DNA of 64,000 bases from Azoarcus sp. (GCA_031268195.1 JAIRXQ010000024.1:36428-100427), one strand, 5' to 3'. Counted from the first letter of the stretch, positions 28,597 to 36,388 are shown. The notes: generated by a model not told the origin, from the sequence alone. Translations and numbers: made by a program.

Positions 28597-30596
28597 GGTG
28601 TGTCCTCCGTTGTCGCCGTCTCCGCCGCCGCCGAATCTGACGCGGTGGACATAGCGGGCGTGGCAGATGCGGCGGGCGCCGCGGGAAGCGTTTTTTCTTC
28701 GCCTTCCGGCAGCCCGAGTTCTTCCGCCGGCGCGCGCGGCAGCAGCCAGAACGACACGAAATAACCGGGCCTGCCCAGACGCCCCTTGCCCGCGCGCACG
28801 TCCGTCTGCGCCACCGCATAGCCGAAACCGGAGAGTTCACGCTGCACGCGCTGCGCGAAGGATTGCGCGCCGCCGTAGTGGTTCGCCCAGCCGACGATCA
28901 TTACATCGCCGATCTCGCCGCCGCCCGATTTGCTGTTCTTCACCACCTCCAGCACCACGTCGTCACTGATGGCGCGAGCGAGCGTGCGCAGCAGCTGCGG
29001 CAGGTGACTCGTCATGTTCTCGATGGCCTGCAGCCGCTCCACCTCGGGCATCATTTGCGCGAGTTGAGTCCGCGCCCGCTCCAGTTCCTGTTTCTCCCGC
29101 TTGGCCGTCTGCATGACGCCGGCTTCCTGCTGCCTGACCGTCGCCTGCCGCGCGTTTTGCGCATCGGCGAGATCGAAGCGCGTCTGGATAGCCTTGATCT
29201 CCATGCGTTGCCGGATGCCCACCCCTGTGACGATGGCGATGACGAGGAGCGGGCAGGCGGCATGCCAGAACCCGACGCGCTTCCACGGCGGTTTGGGCAG
29301 CTCGCCGAAGCGAATGAGCGGCAGCGGCTGGCGCCTTGTCCGGTACTGGCGGGCGAGGCATTCGAGCAGGCCGCGATGCGCCTCGCCCGCGCCGACGATG
29401 CGCGGCGCCTTGCCCCAGAGGCGCGGAATTTCGTCGCCCAGCGCCGTGATCGCCGCCTCGTCGGCGGCAGTCAGGCAGACGATATCCAGCGCCTCGACAC
29501 CGCTCGCGCGCCAATCCGCCACCAGCCGCAGCAGCCAGTCGGCGGCAAGCGGCCGCTCCACGCGCCCCTCGAGGCGCGCCGCAACGATGTGCTCGTGCTG
29601 GCGCAGCACGGCGACGATTTCCTCGCCGTGGATTTCGAGCGCCACGCGGCTGGCGCGGCGCTCGTCCAGCCAGCCGTCCGCCGCAGCGTCCTCCGCCGCG
29701 GACGCGGCGGCGGGGGGGATGGCCTCGCTCACGCTCCAGGCCAGCGGCAGACCGCCGAGGAGCTTCAATCCATGCTGCTTGCAGGCACGCTCGAACTGGC
29801 TCCACAGCGCCAGCCCGGTGGCCGAGGCCAACCACCTCGGCGCCTCGCCCACTCCGCCTGCCTCGCCCTTGTGTCCCGCCCAGCCGCAGGCGAGCGCGGA
29901 TTCGAGCATTTGCAGCTTCTCCTGCAGCCTCAAGGCTTCCTGCACGTCCTCCTTGGCGATGAAGCCCAGCTCGCAGGCCACCTGCCCGAAATAGGTCGGC
30001 GTGTTCGACTGCTCGCGCCGCAGCGCCAGCGCCAGCACGACCTGTTCGCGCTGCTGCGCCGTCAACCGGCCGCGCGCCGCCAACGCCGCGCCGATCGTCC
30101 ACAGCGCCCCCGCCTCCGCCACCGCCGGTTCCATCTCGGCGCGCGCCAGCTCGCGCATTTGCAGCGGTGGGCGCGGCTTGTCCGGGTCGACCGGCATGTC
30201 CACGCGCGCCGGAACGATGAAGGCCGCCGCCACGTAGCATTGCCGGGGCACGCGGATGCCCGCGCCCCTGAGGCGCTCCAGGGCCTCGCCGAGCGCGGGG
30301 CCGAATTCGGTCTGCCGCGACGCCGCTTCCACGGAGAACTGCCACGCGCCGCCACGCTTCGCCGCGCTCACCACCGACAGGCGGCCCACCTCCCAGACGA
30401 TGAGGAGCAGGCCGGGCGCAAGCCGCGCGCGCGCCCACCCCCAGCCGCGTTTCATGCCGTCCCGCGCCCGCGCCAACCAGACGCGCCACGCGGCGGCGGG
30501 TTCCTCCGGCGGCAGGGCAAACACGCGCGGCTCGAACACGAAGCCGCGCCGCTTGGGCAGGATGGGCGCAAGCGCGTTCCGGTCGAAAACGTTCAT
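28593..30596 (-). CDS. PilM/PilN (GspL-like) fusion with an internal MshEN-like motif
   Basis: Large cytoplasmic part, single TM (ACPLLVIAIVTGVGI), coiled coil, PilN-like end (DDVVLEVV...IVGWA...AQSFAQRV). Confidence 0.6.
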   Translation of the reverse strand: MNVFDRNALAPILPKRRGFVFEPRVFALPPEEPAAAWRVWLARARDGMKRGWGWARARLAPGLLLIVWEVGRLSVVSAAKRGGAWQFSVEAASRQTEFGPALGEALERLRGAGIRVPRQCYVAAAFIVPARVDMPVDPDKPRPPLQMRELARAEMEPAVAEAGALWTIGAALAARGRLTAQQREQVVLALALRREQSNTPTYFGQVACELGFIAKEDVQEALRLQEKLQMLESALACGWAGHKGEAGGVGEAPRWLASATGLALWSQFERACKQHGLKLLGGLPLAWSVSEAIPPAAASAAEDAAADGWLDERRASRVALEIHGEEIVAVLRQHEHIVAARLEGRVERPLAADWLLRLVADWRASGVEALDIVCLTAADEAAITALGDEIPRLWGKAPRIVGAGEAHRGLLECLARQYRTRRQPLPLIRFGELPKPPWKRVGFWHAACPLLVIAIVTGVGIRQRMEIKAIQTRFDLADAQNARQATVRQQEAGVMQTAKREKQELERARTQLAQMMPEVERLQAIENMTSHLPQLLRTLARAISDDVVLEVVKNSKSGGGEIGDVMIVGWANHYGGAQSFAQRVQRELSGFGYAVAQTDVRAGKGRLGRPGYFVSFWLLPRAPAEELGLPEGEEKTLPAAPAASATPAMSTASDSAAAETATTEDTP

Positions 30597-31567
30597 GGCC
30601 GCACCTCCAGTGTGGCATTGGGAAGCTGGACACCGGGGAAAAAGTCGAGCGGCACCGTCACGGGCGCGGTGCTGGACGGATACACGCCGGAGGCGCTCAG
30701 CAGCACCAGCAGATGCCGCCCTATAGGCACGCCCGGGCACGCGCCGGGGCCGGGGAACGTCACTATGCAACTCTCATCGACCGCGATGTCGGTGTCGCAC
30801 TTCCCGCTGCTATAGCGCAGCCACTCGCCGTTCGTCCCGGTATTGCGGAACACCAGCAATGCCGCTTGCAAATCGCTGAGCGCGCTGAGCGACGCGGAGG
30901 TCCGGTTGCGGATCGTGACCTTCCAGCCCGTCAGATCCACCGTCCAGTCGGCTTCGGCAATCGTCGTGCGCGCGTCCTTCTCGCCGTCTGGGAGGTTGTC
31001 CAGACCATTGCTGGCGATCTGCAACGGCGGTCCGGGCATGAACGTCCAACCGAAATTGACATCGTCCGTTTCATCGAAGGTGCTTGTTTCGGAAATGTCG
31101 GTCTCCGTGCCCACGTTGCCCCAACCGTCGCGGAATGCGCCGCTTGCGCCGGACAAATAATCACCACGATGGCCCTTCGTCAGCGTGATCGCCGCCGCCG
31201 CCGGGCCCACGTCATCCAGGGTGCCGGTCTGGACGCAAGTCGTGTCCGTGTTGCCGGAGAACTTCACGCTCCGCGCCAGCTGCGACAGCATGGGTGACGA
31301 CTCAAGGTTGTTGCTGCGCAATTCCGCGATGGATGCCGGCAGCCGGCCGTTGTCCGCCACGAAGCCAGACAGCCGCACTTCGCCGCCGTAGGCCGGGCCG
31401 TCGATGCCGACGATGGCGCGGCGCAGGATGTTGAGGCGGTTGCGGGTGTCGTCGATGCGTATCTGGGCGCGGTCCTCGCTCACCAGCCCGAACGCGGCCA
31501 GCGCGGTGGCGGAGAGAATCGCCACCACCAGCAGCAGTTCGATGAGAGTGAAACCCCTGGTCTTCAC
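30593..31567 (-). CDS. Prepilin-type (minor pilin/pseudopilin) protein
   Basis: MKTRG|FTLIELLLVV class III signal; DGWGN and SNGLD GspG-like motifs. Confidence 0.88.
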   Translation of the reverse strand: MKTRGFTLIELLLVVAILSATALAAFGLVSEDRAQIRIDDTRNRLNILRRAIVGIDGPAYGGEVRLSGFVADNGRLPASIAELRSNNLESSPMLSQLARSVKFSGNTDTTCVQTGTLDDVGPAAAAITLTKGHRGDYLSGASGAFRDGWGNVGTETDISETSTFDETDDVNFGWTFMPGPPLQIASNGLDNLPDGEKDARTTIAEADWTVDLTGWKVTIRNRTSASLSALSDLQAALLVFRNTGTNGEWLRYSSGKCDTDIAVDESCIVTFPGPGACPGVPIGRHLLVLLSASGVYPSSTAPVTVPLDFFPGVQLPNATLEVRP

Positions 31568-31574
31568 GCGCGCC

Positions 31575-32105
31575 TCACTTTTCCTCTTCCTCTTGCTCTT
31601 GCACTTCCTCGAACGAGGTGATCACCAGCGCCGGGCCATAACGGTTGTTGTAGACGTGGAAGGCATAGAACGTGCGGGCGTCCCCGGCTTTGAGTTCGGC
31701 GCCGATGCGCGCCGCCGTCTGCTTTTCGACATAGGCGGCCAGCGGCTTGTCGCCACCGTAGTCGAGCACCACACGCTGCTCTACCTCGAGCTCGGCGTCG
31801 GCGCCCATCATGCCCATCACCTTTTTCAGGTACTCGGCCTTCTGCGGCGAGGGCAGCTGTGCGAGGCGGGCGCGGAAACTCACCGGCTTCGGCTCGAAGA
31901 TGGCGCGCATGCCGCCGGTGCGGCTGGCGGGTACGAGTTGGACGAGATCGGTCTTTTTGAAGCGGGCGCGCAGATCGGCGGCGGCGGGCGTGCTCGCGGC
32001 AGGCGCGGCGGCGGCAGGCGCGCGCTCGGCCCGCGCCGGGGCGACGAGGCAAAAAGCGAGCGCCAGCGCGGCGGCAAGGACGGGGAGGCGGGTTTTCGGG
32101 TTCAT
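31575..32105 (-). CDS. Hypothetical exported protein
   Basis: Sec signal ending APARA, Ala/Pro linker, acidic tail; embedded in the operon. Confidence 0.7.
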   Translation of the reverse strand: MNPKTRLPVLAAALALAFCLVAPARAERAPAAAAPAASTPAAADLRARFKKTDLVQLVPASRTGGMRAIFEPKPVSFRARLAQLPSPQKAEYLKKVMGMMGADAELEVEQRVVLDYGGDKPLAAYVEKQTAARIGAELKAGDARTFYAFHVYNNRYGPALVITSFEEVQEQEEEEK

Positions 32106-32129
32106 CGTCGTTTTATCGAAGGTTGAAAG

Positions 32130-33011
32130 TCAAAGGCAGATCACCACGTCGTCAGCGCCGCCCGGCTCATCGGCGTTGGCCTGGCAGGCGTAACCGGCGG
32201 TAGCGGTGTTCTTGCCGCCATACACGCCGTCCGCGCCCCAATAGACGACGCGCGGCGGGTCGAGCAGAAAAAGAAAAGGGCGGGCGTGATAGTTGAATTC
32301 GAGGATTTCCTCGCCCAGCTGGGTCGAGATGGACGAACCGGGCTCGTCGCCGTCGAACACGCCGCCCTGCGCATCCGGCAGATTTCCGCGCCAGACGAGA
32401 AAGCAACCCGTTCCGCCCTGATGACATGCGGCATTATTTCCGCGCACGGGCCAAAACTTCGGGCCCGCGCCCAGGGCGGGGACGATGAACCGGGGGCTGC
32501 CGCTGCCGGGGGCGGATTCTTGCGCATCGTCGGGTTTGCCGAGATCCGCCCACACGTCGACCCAGTGCCGGTTCGCAAGCGGCAAATAAGGGCCGTTCCA
32601 GCCACGATGGGTTTCGGGGTTCCAGTTCTCCAAAAACCTGAGCGGATGCGTGTCGTCGAGCGCCGGGCGCTCGTACAGCAAAAACAGGTTGGCCGGGGAA
32701 GCGAGCCATGCCGCCAGTTGGGCATCGTTGGATCCGCCGGAACCGTATTTGACGCCGAAGGAACCCGCCGCGATCGCGCCGCCGCCGCCCTCCGAGACCA
32801 GCCGCCACGGCCCTTCACCGGGCCAGTAGCCGGTATCGGCGTGAAAGCGCTTGAGCGCATCGGCCAGTTGCAGCAGTTGCGCACGCGCCAGTTGATCTTC
32901 GGCCCGGCGATCGACGTTCAGATACGCCCCCCACGCCACATAGGAGAGGGCGGCGAGGATGGCGCAGACACAAAGCAGTTCGATCAGCGTGAAACCGGCG
33001 TTTGGGCGCAT
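32130..33011 (-). CDS. Prepilin-type GspG-like protein with insertions
   Basis: MRPNAG|FTLIELLCV; LKRFHADTGYWP, GWNGPYL, YWGADG, DDVV motifs. Confidence 0.88.
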   Translation of the reverse strand: MRPNAGFTLIELLCVCAILAALSYVAWGAYLNVDRRAEDQLARAQLLQLADALKRFHADTGYWPGEGPWRLVSEGGGGAIAAGSFGVKYGSGGSNDAQLAAWLASPANLFLLYERPALDDTHPLRFLENWNPETHRGWNGPYLPLANRHWVDVWADLGKPDDAQESAPGSGSPRFIVPALGAGPKFWPVRGNNAACHQGGTGCFLVWRGNLPDAQGGVFDGDEPGSSISTQLGEEILEFNYHARPFLFLLDPPRVVYWGADGVYGGKNTATAGYACQANADEPGGADDVVICL

Positions 33012-33036
33012 AGGAACGAAAAGTGACACTCCGGGG

Positions 33037-33069
33037 TAAAAAACCGGCGCTCACGAGGGGAGCGCCGGT
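33037..33069 (-). terminator. Intrinsic terminator/attenuator after the major pilin gene
   Basis: Perfect 10-bp stem accggcgctc (33043-52)/gagcgccggt (33060-69) followed by a T run on the minus strand. Confidence 0.8.
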
Positions 33070-33131
33070 CAAAACGTGAAAGCGGACAACACGCAAACCG
33101 CCTTCAAACGGGATGAAGCTCCCTGATGCGA

Positions 33132-34190
33132 TTAGGTCGGACGCATGCCGTCGAGTTCGCCCAGTTCCTCGTCCTTGGTGTCGCCCGCGCCATCGATGAT
33201 GGCCTGGAAGATCGCCTGACCGCCCGCCGACTGTTCATCTTCTGCAAAGACGCCGGGGGTGGCGGTTTCTGCCATGATTACCTTTGTCGGATTCACGTTG
33301 AACAACACGATGAAGCGGTTGTATTCGTCGGCGGCGACGTGGCGATAAACCGGTGTGTTCGACATGGAACCGAGTTGTGACGGCGAGAACAGCGTCGAAT
33401 CCGGGCCGATGCCGAAGGCGATGAGCTTGTTCTCGTTGGTGGCGCTGCTACTACCGTACACGCTCGCACCGATGGGCACGCCGACGCGTTGCGGATCTCC
33501 TGCCCAAACCATGACCGGATCGCCATTCGCGAACTGGACGTTATTTTCCGCGCCGCAACCATTGGCAGTCGCAACGCGGAAGATGTTTTGCGCCGTCACA
33601 TCGGTGAGCTTGCTGCGAATCAGCCCACCGATACCATCGTCGTCCCTGCTATTTTCGCAAGTTCTCACGCCGGTCGCGAACCCCTCTGGCTCTGCATCTG
33701 TATCCACTACGCGGACGCGCCTGATACCGACAGTGTTCAGCGCCTTGATGTCGTCGGCGACGAATACATCTTCATCAAGATTGGCTCCTCCTGTCTCAAA
33801 CAGATCTGTGCTAATGATTGCCAGCGGATTCGCCCCCGTCAGCACACCACCGCTACTGGCAAACAGCGAATCCCATACGTCCGGGTAAGCGTTGTTCAGC
33901 ACGCGGAACGTCTGGATGCCCTTGGAGAGTTCATCCATCATCGCCACATGCGCGCCGGCCGCGTTCTTGCGGTCGGTGTCTTGCAACATGATGGTGGCGG
34001 TGCCGGAGATGGCGGCGAGGATGAGCACCACGACCAGCAGTTCGAGCAGCGTGAAGCCGCCTTGTTTGGCGCGGATTTTTTCGAACTTGCGGCGCAGGCC
34101 GCGATCCTTGACGGCGGCGGTGTCGACGGCTTGCAGCTTGTTTTTGAGTTCGCTTCTGGACATCGCCAGCAGCTTGGACAACATGGTCAT
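33132..34190 (-). CDS. Probable major type IV pilin, 352 aa with a 45-aa leader
   Basis: ...KIRAKQGG|FTLLELLVVV (G45|F46, E at +5); AAGGAG RBS; first large gene of the run, followed by a terminator. Confidence 0.85.
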   Translation of the reverse strand: MTMLSKLLAMSRSELKNKLQAVDTAAVKDRGLRRKFEKIRAKQGGFTLLELLVVVLILAAISGTATIMLQDTDRKNAAGAHVAMMDELSKGIQTFRVLNNAYPDVWDSLFASSGGVLTGANPLAIISTDLFETGGANLDEDVFVADDIKALNTVGIRRVRVVDTDAEPEGFATGVRTCENSRDDDGIGGLIRSKLTDVTAQNIFRVATANGCGAENNVQFANGDPVMVWAGDPQRVGVPIGASVYGSSSATNENKLIAFGIGPDSTLFSPSQLGSMSNTPVYRHVAADEYNRFIVLFNVNPTKVIMAETATPGVFAEDEQSAGGQAIFQAIIDGAGDTKDEELGELDGMRPT

Positions 34191-34377
34191 GAATGACTCC
34201 TTCGGATGATGAATTGATTCGATTCGGCTGCGGTTTCCCCCACGGAAATCCTTTTGGCCGTCTTACGAAAGTTCCGGCGCAATGCCGGCGTTCCCGCTGC
34301 GGCCCCATGCCGCCAGCCAGTTTGCTTCATCCGTCAGGCCCACCCTGACCGGAAAACCTGCCTGTTTCCTTCAGCGC

Positions 34378-34596
34378 CTAAGCCGCTGAAGACAAACAAT
34401 CCACAACGAACCGGTACTGCTTGCCGCAATGCAAAATGACTTCCTTCTGCCCCCGCCTCAGGATGCGGATCTCCACCCGGAGTTCCGCAAAACCGTCGTG
34501 CCCGAAGGCTTCCAGATACAGCTCATTGAGCTTGGCCAACACCTGGTCGTTAGACTGGACGGACTTCCCGCCCGCCGCTTTCTCCAGGTTCTGCAT
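34378..34596 (-). CDS. Small hypothetical protein (72 aa)
   Basis: MQNLEK...HDGFAELRVEIRILRRGQKEVILHCGKQYRFVVD; AAGGGG RBS; first ORF after the promoter. Confidence 0.65.
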   Translation of the reverse strand: MQNLEKAAGGKSVQSNDQVLAKLNELYLEAFGHDGFAELRVEIRILRRGQKEVILHCGKQYRFVVDCLSSAA

Positions 34597-34632
34597 CGGG
34601 GAAACCCCTTCGTTGCCGTTGATGTGACGCAA

Positions 34633-34661
34633 ACGATAATTATTCTTATTTTTGTTGTCAA
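34633..34661 (-). promoter_or_regulatory. Sigma70 promoter overlapped by a Fur box
   Basis: -35 TTGACA (34661-34656), 17-bp spacer, -10 TATCGT (34638-34633); AAAAATAAGAATAATTATC (34653-34635) matches 14/19 of GATAATGATAATCATTATC. Confidence 0.75.
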
Positions 34662-34757
34662 CACCCTCATGAAATAAAATGGCAAACCGTTGCAAACAGG
34701 CCGCCCGCCGGGGGGTCGGCGCGAGGGCGATGAGCGCGAAATATGAGTTTTTCGTTT

Positions 34758-34795
34758 AGGCGGCTCGCCGTAGGCGAGACGGAAGGAGTGGCGCG
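34758..34795 (+). repeat. Dispersed hairpin repeat, copy 1 (38-bp core)
   Basis: aggcggctcgccgtaggcgagacggaaggagtggcgcg; 37/38 identical to 35661-35698. Confidence 0.85.
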
Positions 34796-34952
34796 CGCGC
34801 TTAGCGCAACTTCGGTTCAAGTATTCACATGCCCGGCAGCCGGACGGCAAAAGACACGTGCGGGAATACACGCAGTGCGCCAGCGGCACGGGCGGGCGCC
34901 CTGGCGGGCGGTGGTAGACTCAGTTCATTGAACCAAGCTTAGCGGAGCCGTC

Positions 34953-35198
34953 ATGCAGACCTACAACCTTCACGATGCCAGGACGCACCTGTCGCATCTG
35001 GTCGAGCAGGCCGCCCGAGGCGAAAGCTTCATCATCGCCAAGGCTGGCAAACCAATGGTCAGGGTCATCGCGCTCGACACGCCCGAGCCATCCCAAAGCA
35101 AACGCCTGGGTTTCATGGCGGGGCAGATTGAGGTGCCAGACGATTTCGACCGTCTGGGCGAGGCGGAAATCGCGCGCCTGTTTGCGGGTGGCGCATGA
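34953..35198 (+). CDS. Phd/YefM-family antitoxin
   Basis: YNLHDARTHLSHLVEQAARGESFIIAKAGKPMVRV; ATGA overlap with the PIN toxin. Confidence 0.9.
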   Translation: MQTYNLHDARTHLSHLVEQAARGESFIIAKAGKPMVRVIALDTPEPSQSKRLGFMAGQIEVPDDFDRLGEAEIARLFAGGA

Positions 35199-35581
35199 AG
35201 TTGCTGCTCGACACGCATCTGCTGCTGTGGGCTGCGCAGGATTCGGATCGCCTTTCCGCGCAGGCGCGCGGGTTGCTGGACAGCCCTGAAAATGAGCTGC
35301 TTTTCAGTGTCGCCAGTCTGTGGGAGATCGTCATCAAACGCAGCCTGGGGCGCGAAGACTTCAAGGTCGACCCACATCTGTTGCGCTGCGGCCTGCTGGA
35401 CAACGGTTATCGGGAGATGCCGATCACAAGCGCACACGTTCTGGGTGTAGCGGCATTAGCGGCCATCCATAAAGACCCCTTCGATCGCCTGCTCGTCGCG
35501 CAAGCGGAGGCCGAGGGCATCACCTTGCTGACAGCGGACACGATTCTGGGCAGGTACGCCGGGCCGGTGCGACGGGTCTGA
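35195..35581 (+). CDS. vapC: VapC-family PIN-domain toxin
   Basis: LLLDTHLLLW, SVASLWEI, HKDPFDRLLVAQA, LLTAD. Confidence 0.9.
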   Translation: MKLLLDTHLLLWAAQDSDRLSAQARGLLDSPENELLFSVASLWEIVIKRSLGREDFKVDPHLLRCGLLDNGYREMPITSAHVLGVAALAAIHKDPFDRLLVAQAEAEGITLLTADTILGRYAGPVRRV

Positions 35582-35637
35582 GCGGATCACCAGACAGGTC
35601 GCGGCCGCGCGTATCGCAGCGCGGTCGTGGTGCGGCT

Positions 35638-35699
35638 GATAGAGCCTTCCTCTCCGCGGAAGGCGGCTCGCCGCAGGCGAGACGGAAGGAGTGGCGCGG
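35638..35699 (+). repeat. Dispersed hairpin repeat, copy 2 (62 bp)
   Basis: 59/62 identical to the reverse complement of 58717-58778. Confidence 0.85.
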
Positions 35700-35760
35700 G
35701 GCCATCGTCCCCTACGGGGGAAGGTGCGCGACGGCCGCAAATTTTCCGTGACGATTCCGG

Positions 35761-35789
35761 CGCGCGCCTCAGCCCGCGTGCAACGCCGC
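35761..35789. repeat. 29-bp direct repeat, distal copy (duplicates the 3' end of the fabMG-like gene)
   Basis: cgcgcgcctcagcccgcgtgcaacgccgc; 27/29 identical to 36440-36468. Confidence 0.85.
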
Positions 35790-36076
35790 TATATTCGCCG
35801 CGTGGCCGCCGTATACACCTCGGCATCACGGCGGCGCCCCGCAGCAATGATCAACACCTCGATTGCCGCGGCATTGACCCGATACACAATCCGTACGCTC
35901 CCGGTGCGGATGCGCCGACATCCGGCAAGACGCCCGGCCAGCGGCTTGCCCAGCTTGTCAGGCGCGCCGTTCTGAATTCGTTTCGTGATGACGTTGAGGA
36001 TGATGCGGGCCTCGGCATCGCCCAGTGCCTGTAGATCGTCGACGACGGCGTGGTGATAGATGACGCGCCAGGTCAT
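35789..36076 (-). CDS. RelE/ParE-family toxin
   Basis: MTWRVIY...GKPLAGRLAGCRRIRTGSVRIVY; overlaps the antitoxin by 4 nt. Confidence 0.88.
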   Translation of the reverse strand: MTWRVIYHHAVVDDLQALGDAEARIILNVITKRIQNGAPDKLGKPLAGRLAGCRRIRTGSVRIVYRVNAAAIEVLIIAAGRRRDAEVYTAATRRI

Positions 36077-36369
36077 TGTTCAAGCCGGGCGTCGTCCACG
36101 CCAAAACGCGCCAGCATGTCGGCGTGGGCGATGGCGCTCGCCGGGTCGAAGCTTGCCAGCCGTTCGGCGGCCAGAATGTCGATGCGCAGATCTTCGAGTT
36201 CATCCATCAGCGCTTCATAGTGGTTGGCCGGTAAAAGGACGGCGGTAATTTCGTTGTTGCGGAGCACGACGAATTTGTCCTGTTCGCCGCTTTCGATCCG
36301 CTCGAAGATCTCTTTTGCCCGACGTTGAATGTCGGTGACGGAAATTGTTTCGTTGGTCCGCACTTCCAT
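36073..36369 (-). CDS. Phd/YefM-family antitoxin
   Basis: ISVTDIQRRAKEIF...VVLRNNEITAVLL...YEALMDELED. Confidence 0.85.
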   Translation of the reverse strand: MEVRTNETISVTDIQRRAKEIFERIESGEQDKFVVLRNNEITAVLLPANHYEALMDELEDLRIDILAAERLASFDPASAIAHADMLARFGVDDARLEQ

Positions 36370-36388
36370 GATGCACCCCGGTGAGTTG

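Noticed and set aside
34680-34696. TGGCAAACCGTTGCA as a sigma54 promoter
   Set aside because: GG to GC spacing is 9 nt; the -24/-12 consensus needs 10.
34681-34720. GGCAAACC...GCAA as a c-di-GMP-I riboswitch
   Set aside because: The P2 stem pairs poorly and the downstream GACGCAAAGC element is missing.
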